A DNA stretch of 51,245 bases, the filler included, from Ionaspis alba (Eukaryota), in the NCBI GenBank assembly GCA_964255285.1. It is 2 parts of 2 records of this genome, joined end to end, with 100 filler letters (N's around TTAATTAATTAA, not from the genome) between each part and the next. Parts side by side here need not be neighbours in the genome. Positions count along the whole stretch, not along the records: positions 25,724 to 51,245 come from CAXUUL010000157.1; 1 more part is not named here. One strand, written 5' to 3'. Position 1 is the first letter of the stretch. Every line of letters begins with the position of its first letter. Shown piece after piece: positions 25,724 to 38,081 of this stretch. The translations under genes and the position numbers were made by a program. The notes beneath the pieces were generated by a model that worked only from the letters and a program-made list of their open reading frames with translations, did no database searches and was not told where the DNA came from.

Positions 25724-27242
25724 TTCACCCTGTGGAAAAAGGATACATGGCCAAAGTCCTGTGGATACTACAAATCAGCCCATGTGAACAACCCAAGACA
25801 AAAAGATGCAGACATACCTCCCAATATTGCGCCAGGCGGTCATGCGACACCATAATCAACTGCGACGGGATATACCTATCATCCCTAAACCCTCTGGCCG
25901 CAATATGCCCCCAACTCTTAACCACCCGAGCGCCCTTAAACATCTGCTCATCCGCCACCCGAATCAAGCCCTGATTCCCAATATCCTCCGCAATCCAGCT
26001 AAATTCTCCTCTCGGAACATTTGGATCGCCAGTCAGCTTCACAGCTTCCAATCTCCCGGTACAGCCCACCGGAGCCTCCGCCTCAACAACCCTGTCGAAT
26101 GGAGAAGCTTCTGTGGAATACACATTATCAGCCGCAGCAGCAGCGTCCGCAGCTAGCGACGACACTGGGCCGAACATACGTTGGTCCAGCGGCGGCATGA
26201 CCGTGGTGGTCAAGAGGTCCTTTTGTAACACCACAAGGAATTCACAGCCGTGGCCGGCGTAGTCGCCGACCCAGATACCCTGGTATGGCTTTTCAGCCGT
26301 TGGGATATAGCATTCTGGCGGCAGGGTGCTGAACGTCATGACGTCTTCTCCCATCCTGATACCCAGCCGATCACCCATGCCACGGAACTCCATCCATTTC
26401 CTCAAGCGGAACGTCGTGTCGCTTAACTGTTCAATCCTCTGTGGCTTGTGCAAGTCATCCCGAAACATATTGGCGCTGTCGTTGCGGACTCGATTCGCAG
26501 CTGGCAAGATCGTCGGCGGCCAGAGCGACATGCTCGGATCCTGTAGCTCGGGAGCAATCGCACGGGTAAGAAACATGACGGACCGTATGCCATGCATGCG
26601 TGGCCCAGGCTCGTATTGCATCTGTAGTTCTTGTTGCAACCGTCCCCCAGGTCCGTATGTATTATGATCGAGCTTGATGACCGGATCGTCCAGGAAGAGA
26701 CTGATCTTGGGCGCAAAATTGTGGATTATAACCGACCGATTCCATTCCCACTGCTCGACTTGGCGATTGTCGGCCGCGAACTCGGCTACCAGCCTGTAGG
26801 CTTCGATGGACCCGATCCGGTGATCGTAGCGGGCGAGGACGAGTTGGCCCACTAGACAATTTCCTGTAGTTGCTTTGTCCGAATACCAGATCTTGTGCCT
26901 TGGTAAAAACCAGTACGGATGGTGGCAGATGAAGAGCTCTCGCCAGCTGGCGAAGGGAATGGGTGCGGTTTCAGGGAAGGGGATGTTTTGGCGGACGAAT
27001 CGTGCCCAGAGGAGGTCGTTGTCGGCGTGAGATTTGAGAGTGCGGCAGGTGGCGGAGATCTGGACGAGAGTCGTGGGCTCAAGGTAGATTAGGATCTGGT
27101 GCAGGATCTCGTTGGGGAGTTCCAGTAGTTGGGGTTTTGACATTTCTCGAGGCGGTGTCGGTGTAGCGTCGCGGAGAGTTGAGGGTGAAATGGACGCTGG
27201 TGGAGGGGATGAGAGCGAGAGATGACGAAGGATGTCCATCAT
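25724..27242 (-). CDS. F-box protein (FBXO31/cyclin-D1-binding-type C-terminal domain); last codons lost in the gap
   Basis: F-box LLELPNEILHQILIYL...ATCRTL...DLLW. C-terminal GIWVGDYAGHGCEFL and LEAVKLTGDPNVPRGE. Intron 25817-25759 is followed by DFGHVSFFHRV running into the gap. Confidence 0.88.
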
Positions 27243-28735
27243 TTTGATCTCAGTCTGTGCTGTGGCACGACAAGCCTGTGTCTGCGCTGTGACTACAGCA
27301 GTGACGATGGTGACGCTGGAATCGGCTTATCGTCTCGTGAACTAGAGTAGCGTAGCCGTTCAGGGGCGGCATTTGAGCCCTGGAGTGGTCAGCAAGGAAA
27401 TCGACTTGCTGGTAAAGGCGTCGGGGAATGTGGGACCTTCTTCAAAGACATTGGGTTTTCTTGGTAGACGAGTGGTAGCGGCGGTAGTGGTGATCGATTG
27501 CGGAAGGTGAGAGCATGGAGGGGCACAACATCAGCTTCTAAAGTTTCCTAGATTCCAGCGGCTGGTGTGCCACGACTGACAATGTGGATTATTGAATGCG
27601 GTATCGGAGGTATGGGAATGGTATGGGAAGGCCGTGCTCCTTGGTGGTAAAACCAAATGGCTCTGCTTGCGTGGATGACTATTTGCTTTGAAGTCTTCGG
27701 CTTTCAAGTCAAGCATGTGAGATTCAAATGCGGCGTTCGTTGCCTCCCTGCACAATATCACCAATCATTTCGCCTCTAACAGGCCAGGTCCACGCCTAAA
27801 CCTTGCCCATCTTCAATCCCTACTGCCCACCCCCAGATTGTGGACTTGGGTAGGCATGGCAGGATCGTATCGCCTATGCGCAAGCCATCCTCCACCTGCC
27901 GCATTTTCTCTCGTATCCCATACAAAGCCTTTATCCTCTCCTGCAAGGCTAGCTAGAATCTGGTAAAGCAATCCAATAGTTCCACGTGCGCTGGCTGAGA
28001 TGGGACTGGGATTCGTTCATGCTAAAAGATGACAGCATAACGCGTGTAGCGTCCCATTGCTTTGGGTATTATTGGCAATGCAGAGAATCGGGTAGGTGTG
28101 TGAAAGGAAGTGCAGGATGTTTCGGGTAAGCGATATCGAGTTAGAACGAAGTAGAACTTCTCGAGTCTCTCGCAATGATGCGACAAATATGCACTTCTGC
28201 ACCACTTCGATCGGGACGTATCTGCAAGGCTTGAGCATCCCCCCTACCTCGTGGTTTTAACAATTACTCTCCGAGTCTCTATTTCAGCGTCCGCTTTGCA
28301 TGACTTGGCTATGCCCATGGATACCTACAGACGCGGAGGGATAGAGAAGATGACAGAGAAACGTCTCTTCTGGATCCAAGGGCAGAATGATCGGCGATAG
28401 ATCTGGCACTGCTCGCATATCCACGAATTGTAGCTTGTATGAAGGGCAAGAAGCGTAGAATTGGTTTCATTAGGACCAGAGCAATGTGTGCTCTGGAAGT
28501 AAAGGATATGGGAACTCAGCAGCGAAGCTCCAAAGGAAGCGCAAGCAAAGAGAAACTACTGTAGCAAAAGTGATTGTGTACTCAAGCCATCGAGATTACT
28601 CTATCTCCACACCACTCTCACCACATACATACACAAAATCCAGGAAACGCCGATCCCATAGTGAGTGATATGCCAAACGCCCAATTCCCTCAAGCAGTCC
28701 GACATCAACAATGCAATTCCCATTCTCCACACACT

Positions 28736-29063
28736 CTATTTCATCTCCTTCCTCGGTCCATCCGGACTCCTAACCATAGCCTTGACCGGGCTCCCAGGCT
28801 TCTGAATCTCAAGCCTCTTGCCGAAGACCGTTCGGCGGACTGGGCCCTCTTTGCTCTCGGCTTCGGGGACGGCTGCGGCGTCGGATTCACGCTTTGCTAG
28901 ATCTTCTGGTGCGACCTGCGAGTATGTTAGGAATGATTGCGGGTTTGTGGGGGAGGGGAGGTGAACGTACGGCGCCACCTCGGCTTGCGGCCGGGAGGGC
29001 CATGGTGAGGATCATGAATTGGAAGATGAGGAAGAGAACGCGGGAGAGGAGTGGTAGATGCAT
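28736..29063 (-). CDS. Small secreted peptide precursor (90 aa) with a signal peptide and dibasic KR sites
   Basis: Exon 29063-28971 (MHLPLLSRVLFLIFQFMILTMALPAASRGGA), intron 28970-28916 (GTACGT...CTAAC...GCAG), exon 28915-28736 (VAPEDLAKRESDAAAVPEAESKEGPVRRTVFGKRLEIQKPGSP...). Confidence 0.75.
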
Positions 29064-30075
29064 GTTGGTGGTTTTGATTTTGATTGACTTGGACTTGAAT
29101 TTTTAGTCTTTCTGTATTTGCTCTTTGCTTTGCGCTTGTGGTAAAGATCTCTATGTATAGAGATCGATAGGCGGTACGTGGTTTGGACAGGTGGTGATAA
29201 CTCAACGACGACTTTCAGGAGCGAAGACGAAAGCGATGACCGTAAGTGTGACAGCGACAAAGGTAAGTAGGATATGTAAAGGACTGAAATGCTTTGGCAT
29301 TGGCGAGATACCCAAAGGATGAAGAGAGAAGAGAGGAAAAGGAAATAGCGCGGATAGGAAAGGGAATATATATAGCGGCACAAACATAGAAAGGTGTTGT
29401 GGGCGCAGGGGATTTCATGTTGTGAAACAACTCGCAACGGAGGATTGGGAGTGTTACGACCGTTCTATTTGGTCAGCTTGGTAGTTGTGGGCGAGGGCCG
29501 TTGGTGTTGGCAGCGCCTCCTTGAAGCAAAGGTGTTGGTTCCGGAAGAGATGTGGATCAGGCAAGGGACGGCGATTGTTTTCTGCGTATGTTAGTCTGTT
29601 GGCGTGAGTATTGCGATAACCAGCAGAATTTTCATGAGTCATTTGACAGGTGTTTGGGATTTATCGTTCTTTGTATGTATACTTGTGTCGGGTTGATGAG
29701 CTCGAGAGGTGGTCTGTCGCGGTTGCGGAGGTTATGGACGGAAAGCGCAGTAGCTGAAACTCACCTTAGTTGCATAGGGCTGATCTTCAAAGAGCCGCAT
29801 TGCTGAAGTGTTGTTAAGAGAATAATCACGGCTCAACCTCCAAATTGGTTATTAACGTCACCAATTAAGGAAGAGCAAATTGTGTTTCATGATAGAGGCA
29901 ATCATTCGAGATAGAAATCGTCACATGGTCAAGGAGTGTCTTATCATACAATCAAAGCTCAGGTTCTACTTCACTTATGTCAACCTCCCCGTCGTTAGCT
30001 CCAACAACCATCAATGTCCCATCAGTCCCCATCATGAATCCCGTTCTTCTTGTTCTTCTCTTCCTTTTCTTGAGC

Positions 30076-31260
30076 TTAGCAAGTTGTGATGTAGCAGCCG
30101 ATTCTACGCCCAACGTTAGCATTATGTCATAACTCTCGAGCTTCTTGATGCGGAAAGAGCACTTACGCAGATGGATTGAAATCCTGGAAGTAATCAAGAT
30201 ACGTTCCCCCAGTCGACGAGGCCTCGAAGCTGATTTGCTGTCCGGCCGGGCAATCAAAGGTCGCAATGTTGTAGCTTCCTCCTGGGCTCACCGTGGTGAC
30301 ACCATAGTCTGTGGCAATCCCTGGCTTGTTATTCCAAGTGGTGGCAGGTGTGGGGTTTCCTGACAGCTTGGCAAAGTCAATCGCTCCACTACCGGTCAAA
30401 GTATAGGACGATGTCTTCAAGTCTGCTTTATTGGGAAGGAGGAAGATCAGCGAGCAGGTGGCACCTTTCAGAGACGCTGGGATATCAAAGGCGAACAGAG
30501 TGGCGACATCGGAAGCTACGATGCCAGTGTAACTGGTACCGACTGCAGTATTGGGGGAAGATTTATTGACCGGAATGATCAGATGAGGGAATTCGTAAGG
30601 AACAGTCAATGCTGTGGGGCATGTCTTTGGAGGCGAGGGTGGTGGAGGAGGCCGCGGTGGAGGTGGCGCTGGCTTTGGGGCTGGGCAGCCTGAATAGCAG
30701 CTAGAAGCATCGAGGACGATATCGACACAGCCCGATTGTCCTGGTGGCGGTTTGGTGTATATGTTGAACTCGCCATTGTCGCCTGTCGGACACATATAGA
30801 AGTGCGAATTGCCATTGATGGAGACGCCACCCTCACAGTCAATGGAGAAGCCTGGAGTGGGCGATGCCCCAGTATCGCACTGAAACTGGGTAGTAGGTGG
30901 TGTCAAGATACACCCACGTCCACTAACATATTGTCAGTACTACCATCATAGGAATGGGGATGGAATGGCGTTGACTTACTTGCCGTCAGTGAGTTGGCCG
31001 TTGTCAATGCAGTACGTGGCAGGCTTTAGCGGCCCATATACTCTGTTTTGACCTGAGCGTGACAATGTTAGCATCAAATCCCAGCAGATACGATCAAAGG
31101 TACCAAGATGGAGCTCACCATCAGACAGCTGGCCCACTGTGCCTACCGCACCTCCGGCTCCTAGAGCTTTGAGTTGAAAGCAGCATTGACCTGTACGAGC
31201 AACAAGTGCACGAGTATGAGCTCCAAATATCAGAGCACCGATGATAGTTGCTTTAAACAT
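30076..31260 (-). CDS. Secreted/cell-wall protein with a Cys-rich N-domain, Pro-rich linker and But2-type C-terminal domain
   Basis: Signal peptide, then VGQLSDGQNR and GRGCILTPPTTQFQCD, a PPPRPPPPP linker, and YEFPHLIIPV...FDIP...TCSLIFLLP...LDYFQDFNP. Introns 31118-31053, 30979-30923 and 30166-30104; ends IGCYITTC*. Confidence 0.82.
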
Positions 31261-32542
31261 GATGTAGGAGGGTGATTGCGGAGGTTGATCAATAATTGAA
31301 GGTTATATGCTCGGAAGTGAGTGGGTGTTCGAGTGAAGGATCGTGAATCTTTATGGAGATTCATCTCGTCTTATATTCACACTACGAAAGTTTGTTTGTA
31401 TCCAAAATTCCAGGAACATCTATAGCACTCGTACAAATGACATCAAGCAAGTGGCTCAAAGCCATGCGGACGTCGACAGCCGTGAACTGTTCCGTTTGGA
31501 CTTGAGACATTGTCCATTGCACAAAGATAGGTTGCTCCGTGATTAGGGAAATTGCGAGGATACCTGCAGATTAAAGGTATGGAAGTTTGGGCGGTAAGAT
31601 GATGATCGTCATCTGGCAACAGAGTGGCTCAGGTCCTGCGAAAGAGCCATTTTAAAGAGGTAAATAGGCAGCAGCAAAGGAGATCCCAAATCCACGACGG
31701 GCCTCCAGGTAGCACTCAGGTGCAAACCGGACAAGTGAGCTCAGTGATGGCTGTTTTGAGTTCTATTGACTGAGAATAGGCTCGCACACAAAGTGTAGAA
31801 TCGGAGAGGCTCAAGTGGAAAAGCTTCTCGTGGAACGTTGAACAGATGCATGGAATGTGGAGTACATGTTTCAAACAACTTCGTATTGATTCCAGGGGCA
31901 ATCGACGTTTCACATTTCTTCCTTGCTCCAATTGACGATCGCTGGCGACTTCATATGGCTTGAGAGAAGACCGGAAGGATAAGATCACAGCAATGAATAT
32001 TATCAAGTACAGCTGGCAATGTTTTTGATCGATGATCGATGGAAAAGGCAGCGCTGCAGCGAAATTGCAAATGTCTGTCCAACTATGGTTCTCCCGTTCA
32101 GCCTCTCCCTCCGAACGGTCTTGTGGATCATGCACGTCCTTTCCCTCCTCGCCCAAGATTCGTGTTATGTAGCAATCCGCGATCCACATGTGGGAAAACG
32201 TGAACCACCGGCTGAATGCCAGGCTTGTACCCCCATGGTCGTCGATTACCGTATCTCGTCGTGCTGGCCATGCATCGCCCTGTCCACCAGTACTACCCTT
32301 CAGGATTCGGATTCCGTGACGGAGAAGCAAGAGTACATCTGAACAGCTTCCATCTGCGACCAGGTAGCAACAAAGCGTCATGAAAGCTGTTGGATTTTGT
32401 CGGAAGCACATTTGACCTAAATCTTCTCTTCACTTCTACTCCGTGTTCCTTCTGATGTTCGAAACCTTGCGCCGGCGACTCCGATATGACGAGTGTTGTG
32501 GCTTTCCATGGCTCCACAGAAATTGACTCGCGAGGACGTGGA

Positions 32543-33466
32543 TCACATCTTTCCTCCCGTGAGTTCCTCAGCAATGCGTTGCACCCTCTCTCGTGTTATC
32601 TGAGCGTAACCCGAGCTTTGTGCAAGTGCCTTGCCACCTGATTTGTTTGCGTCGGCAAGCATTCGCCGGATGGATATTGGAAACTTCTCCTTGTCCCAGA
32701 TACTGAGACCAGGGTTGTTCTTGAACCAGTCCTCGTCAAAGACTGCGTCGACCCGCGAGTTGAGTTCGCTTTCGGTAACAATGAAGTCTCTAGCATTCAT
32801 GTAGAGGGAATGTAAGCCATTGCGTCGTTCTTCCATTTTCTCCTTCTCCTTTGCGAGGAAATTTCTCTGCTTCCTAGCAACACGTACATCACGATCGGGA
32901 TCCTGCAACCTGCAAATGTTTTCCGGGGTCAAGGCCGTAAGTATCGAAGGATTGGTCAGGCGCTCATCCTCTCGTTCCGGCTCGTGTATCTTTCTCTCGT
33001 GCTCAGCCTGTTTGAAGGCACTCTGAGCTGCTGATCGCCGGTCGCTCAACTCCTTGCGGCGCTGTAGCTCCTTCAGACCGTCACGCAGATTCTTCCGTCT
33101 CGTAGCAGCTAGCCGCGATTTCCAGTCCACAAACTCCTTTACATTCACTAAGTGTGCCGACGAATAGTCTTTCGTAGTCGTGGGCTCCTTAGCTACCGAT
33201 CCGAGGTAGTCCGGAGATGTCTTCTTGGTAGCCCGAGACCGAGAAAATATCTCTCTGGGAACTGGGAGGACTCCTTTCACTTCTCGTTTCCTGTAGGCCT
33301 CTTGTTGAGGTGGTTGCGGGATTTCGATGAATTTGGGCGACTCAGGAGGTATCTGTAGAGTAGGTGATGAGCTTGAGGCATGACGTAGAAATGTTTGGCA
33401 GTACTGCGGTCTATGAAGAAGCACACGGCATGGGCAAAGAGGCCCAGGCACTACGTGGCGTGCCAT
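32543..33466 (-). CDS. Mitochondrial small ribosomal subunit protein mS26 (Pet123-like)
   Basis: Presequence-like N-terminus. IPPESPKFIEIP...VKGVLPVPREIF, WKSRLAATRR, LYMNARDFIV and the terminal IAEELTGGKM match my recollection of Neurospora mS26. Confidence 0.75.
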   Translation of the reverse strand: MARHVVPGPLCPCRVLLHRPQYCQTFLRHASSSSPTLQIPPESPKFIEIPQPPQQEAYRKREVKGVLPVPREIFSRSRATKKTSPDYLGSVAKEPTTTKDYSSAHLVNVKEFVDWKSRLAATRRKNLRDGLKELQRRKELSDRRSAAQSAFKQAEHERKIHEPEREDERLTNPSILTALTPENICRLQDPDRDVRVARKQRNFLAKEKEKMEERRNGLHSLYMNARDFIVTESELNSRVDAVFDEDWFKNNPGLSIWDKEKFPISIRRMLADANKSGGKALAQSSGYAQITRERVQRIAEELTGGKM

Positions 33467-33670
33467 AATAACAATTCAACGTTGTCTAAATTTGAATTGA
33501 GATGAAGTGGACGAGAAAGGCAGATTGATTAGCGTCTAAAGCTTTCGAGGTCCAGTACGCTGGAATCTTGGCACGCTAGCAGCACTTGAACCAAAACTAT
33601 TTCGACGATTCTCTGATTTGTAGAAAGATATCATTTCTTTCCCTTCATATAGAAAAGCTCTACCATCACT

Positions 33671-35827
33671 ATGGGGACCGGCAAGAAAGAGGCGGTGCGG
33701 AAGGAGAGGCAAGGCAAAGTCGGGGATGGCATGAACAATGTTAAAACCAAAGGCGAGAATTTCTACAGGTTCGTCGAAGTTTCGAGCCCTGTAACTTTCT
33801 CACGATATGCGTCTGATAGTATGACTAAGGTCGGCGAAGAAGGCGAAAACTCTTAACATGTTTACTAGTGGAGGTGCTCAGAGAAATGCCGCTGGAAAAG
33901 TCACCAAATCAGCCTCCTACCAATCCCGGGACCTCCCAAAAGCAAGAGTTGAACCCAATCGCAAGTGGTTCGGAAATACTCGAGTCATCTCTCAAGATGC
34001 CTTGCAATCATTTCGAGCGGCCATGGCTGAGCGTGCGTCGGATCCATACCAAGTCCTCCTCAAAACCAATAAGCTTCCAATGAGTTTGATCCGGGACGGG
34101 CAAGGAAAGAATGGTCTTAAGCAACACCAGGCTAAGATTGCAGTCGAATCAGCTCCTTTTGCAGATACATTTGGACCGAAAGCGCAAAGGAAACGAGTCA
34201 AACTAAGCGTCGGTTCCCTCGAAGATCTTGCTGGAGAGACAGTGAAAATGCACGATACATATCTGGATCGCCTTGAACAAGTCAAATTTCTGAGTGGTAT
34301 GTCCGGAACTGAGGAGCAAGCTGGAGAGGGTGTGCCAGAGGACGAATCCCTGACGTCCGCAAGAGAACCCATCTTTTCCAAAGGCCAGAGCAAGAGAATA
34401 TGGAATGAGCTCTACAAAGTGATTGATTCGTCGGATGTAGTAATTCATGTCTTGGATGCACGAGATCCTCTTGGGACGCGCTGTCGAAGCGTGGAGAAGT
34501 ATATCAGGGAGGAGGCACCTCACAAGCATTTGATATTTGTCCTGAACAAGTGTGATCTTGTGCCCACGGGCGTTGCAGTAAGTCAAACCGTATTCCTCTA
34601 TGCCGTTTTGTCGCTTCCAGAATCGCGCTCTGGCGACACCATCAGCCTTGTTTTCCATTGTTAAGTCAAGACTCCTTCCAGCATTTGTATGCAATTTTTC
34701 AATGGACGGCTGTCTGTTACAACTTTGGTAGATTGACCCTGTCCCGCCGCTCTGGGCTATCTTGGTCTATAGCAGAATACTTACCGTCTTGGAAAGCTGT
34801 TCAAAAAGGGGCTGGGGTGTTTCACTTGAGTTGAGCTCTTTCTCTGCTGCACTGGTAGTGGACAGTTGGAATTGTTCTTAGTAGTGCTTCACACATTCTT
34901 CCCACAAGTTCATTGACTTTGACCACTTGCTAACATATATCAAAGGCATCATGGGTTCGAGCACTTTCCAAGGACTATCCAACACTTGCATTTCATGCAT
35001 CTATTACAAATTCGTTCGGCAAAGGCTCTCTAATACAGCTGCTACGTCAATTTTCCTCCTTGCATTCTGATCGCAAACAAATATCTGTTGGATTCATCGG
35101 CTACCCAAATACCGGCAAATCATCGATAATAAATACACTTCGCAAGAAGAAAGTGTGCACTGTGGCGCCAATCCCTGGAGAAACCAAAGTCTGGCAATAC
35201 ATCACTCTCATGAAACGAATATATCTCATTGACTGCCCTGGAGTCGTGCCACCAAGCAACAATGATTCGGAGCAAGATATCTTACTACGAGGTGTTGTAA
35301 GGGTTGAGAATGTCGAGCATCCTGAGCAATACATCGCCGCGGTGTTACGAAAAACGAAGCGGCAACATATTGAAAGAACTTATGATGTTCGAGGTTTCAA
35401 TACACCTACTGAGTTCTTAGAACTCCTTGCTCGGAAGGGAGGGCGGCTACTAAAGGGAGGAGAGGCGGATGTTGATGGTGTGGCAAAAATGGTACTTAAT
35501 GACTTCATCCGAGGAAAGATACCATGGTTCACCTCACCCCCAGCGGTAGACGGTGAAGGGGAGAAGGGGATTGAAGGGAGGGAAGGAAGACTAGGTGAAA
35601 TGGGAAAGAAGAGAAAGCGAGAAGACGACACCTCAATTGTTGGAGAGAAAGAGGAGACCATCGAAGATAATCAAGTAGTAGAAAGTGAGCCGACAGTATT
35701 CGAGGGTTTCGATGATGAGGCAGGCGGAACTTTGATCAGTTCCGAGGGGGAAGAGTCCAATTCTGAGGTTGAGGAAGATGAGATAACTGCGAGGGAAGAA
35801 AATTCTCTGCCTATGGAAGAAGGCTGA
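33671..35827 (+). CDS. NOG2: Nucleolar GTP-binding protein 2 (circularly permuted GTPase)
   Basis: MGTGKKE...[25 protein letters not shown] and DCPG motifs. Introns 33769-33829 and 34578-34945. Confidence 0.97.
34676..34896 (+). ncRNA. snR191: Intronic H/ACA snoRNA, snR191/U19-like
   Basis: Lies in the unusually long (368 nt) NOG2 intron, which hosts snR191 in yeast. Shows a CCAGCATTTGT...TGTTACAACTTTGG 5' hairpin, an ANANNA candidate (AGAATA) and a 3' TTGTTCTTAGTA...CACA end. Boundaries are approximate. Confidence 0.7.
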
Positions 35828-36634
35828 GATTGCAAGCAGAAATAGGTATGCTCCTTCAATTATCTCTTGTGCACATCGCCACAAGACATTTCTGTTCTGC
35901 TTCATCATCATGACTGCAGTCCTGTACTGGAAGCACTCGAAAAGCCGACGGCACGGCTCTGTGTCATTGTCAACCGGAACGTCCACTACCATTCAAATAC
36001 TCCAAACGAGGCGCAAGGCATCGGCGATCTCCGAGGAGATGCGGAAGGCTCAACACACAGACCATCATGAGCTCATTCTCAAGTTTCATCAGACAAACTC
36101 TGTACCTGGTCCGCACATCAGACCAGATGGGTCGGAGATCCACTATCCATAACATCGCAAGCGCTACTTGTATGGAAGCCAGCTAAGGGCTAAATTAAAC
36201 CGTTATACAAGCCTGAATTCGTTCTCCTTATGTGATCATCCTGATATGGCAACCGAGGTTGCTGAATACGTGTGTTCTCAATCAGCGAGAATGTCTAACG
36301 AGAATATCTTGAGAGCCACCTCGAGGGCAACAGACAACAGATCGTCCCTGTCCGTCAGTTCTGAATATCAAGAACACTGTGATGGCTCAAAGTTCCTCTA
36401 TTAATAGCTGCAAAGTAAAGCGTAGAAGCTCCAAACCAATCAACTGAACGCCTTAGGGTTCTAGCGAGCTAGCACGAGGCTGCCCAATAGGGTGACATTT
36501 TTATGCCTCGACTGAACCTCATAAACCCAACAAACCTTTAATCCCCCGGAAAGCTACATATCCACTGCTGAACTTCTCAAATCCGCTACTGTTGAAATTC
36601 TGCGTGTTCGGATAACAGACTCTCTGCCAGCAAG

Positions 36635-37338
36635 ATGTCTCTAGGCACTCCAGGCTTAGGTCTGGATCCGGAGAAGGCGGAGAATTTTGAGGACGTCAGT
36701 ACCCCAGTGATCCCTTGCATGATCATGATCCTTACTTACAGCTGTCCAAGATGGAGAAGCAGTTCGCCGTCAAGGGTGCGTCTATGATCCCCCTCTCGAA
36801 TGATATTGGCTCAGAATCTTTCGAGTTGACCACCGCCTTGCGCAGCCGTGCAACACATGGCAATATACTGGTCATTACTAGAGAGGATGCGGGGCTCTAA
36901 GCTACGTCTGACGAAGATGGATGACGAGATATACGAAGATCTCATGAAGCATTTCCCCGATTTCGACCCACAGGAAACCATCGACGAGGACAAGATGAAG
37001 AGCAAAGAAGGGAAGGAGAAATGGCGGGATTTCATGATGCCTTACGAGAAGAAGGTGGAAGATTACAATTTTGGGACTATGCTCAGGGCGAATCCGAAGT
37101 TTGAGTATGGGGAGAAGGAGACGATATTCGGTCAGTGTACCTGCGCGGACATATCTCGAGATGGCTGATAAGTGAACTTAGCTATGCGCATGCAGTTCTA
37201 CGCTATAGAGATAGCTAGGTGAATTCCTCATTGTCATGGCAAAGGAGCGCGTACTGACGATATCTCAGGAACCGGGCGGGCTTGAACGATTGGATTTACG
37301 AGAGTAAACACCCCGAGGAGGAGAAAGCGAAGAGCTAG
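36635..37338 (+). CDS. PBDC1/YPL225W-family protein (polysaccharide biosynthesis domain; eEF1A chaperone Chp1-like)
   Basis: Spliced product AENFED|MEKQFAVK|AVQHM...LRLTKMDDEIY...KWRDFM...DYNFGTMLR...F|AMRMQFYAIEIAR|NRAGLNDWIY; four GT-AG introns. Confidence 0.9.
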
Positions 37339-38081
37339 AAAAATGGTCTTCATAATGAAGCTACGATTTTACGAATCATGACTGCATCATAGATCTTTGC
37401 GAGCAACCCGCGTTGTACCTACTCCACAATCGAGACCGTACTCCGAGGCCTGTACAAGAACAATCGAGGACATCGCACACCAGCAACATGTTTTGGAAGT
37501 TATACATCACCCCACCTTGACATTTGACGCTGTCCATTCTCGTGACCTTTCTTTCTTTCGAACTCACATGACGATACCATCTGGACTTTTGGCATGCTGG
37601 GTCATGCATAAGTGAATCACCGATAGCCTTCTGATCTGTGGCTGAAATTCAATCAATCTTCTTCCAGTCATTACAACGACGATTCGATATTCTCACTTCT
37701 ATAGTTCCATCATCATTGCATATCTCATATGTGTATCATTATCACCTGTACCAAATTCGCTGATCTCATTGTTTGCGATCAACAATCGAAAAGCGTTCAC
37801 CGTCGGAATTGGAGAGAACAATACTAAGGCTCGACGCCACACAATACGACAACAACCAGATAATAAGGACACTTGCCTTTGCATTCATATGTAAGCAACC
37901 ACATCGTTACCATGCGAAAGTGAATGCAAGGCACGATGTATCCATTTCCAGTGACTAATCTCATTGATACCTCTCCTTCTTGTCTTGAAAAACATACTGC
38001 GACACTTCTACACAATCGCTTCTCTGTAATACGAAGATTGACAAATGTTCTCTTAGATCGACTTCGGAATCGGATCAACAG

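Noticed and set aside
31716..32411. 231-aa minus-strand ORF between the But2-domain gene and mS26
   Set aside because: No domain or motif recognised; probably UTR/promoter sequence, although an orphan gene cannot be fully excluded.
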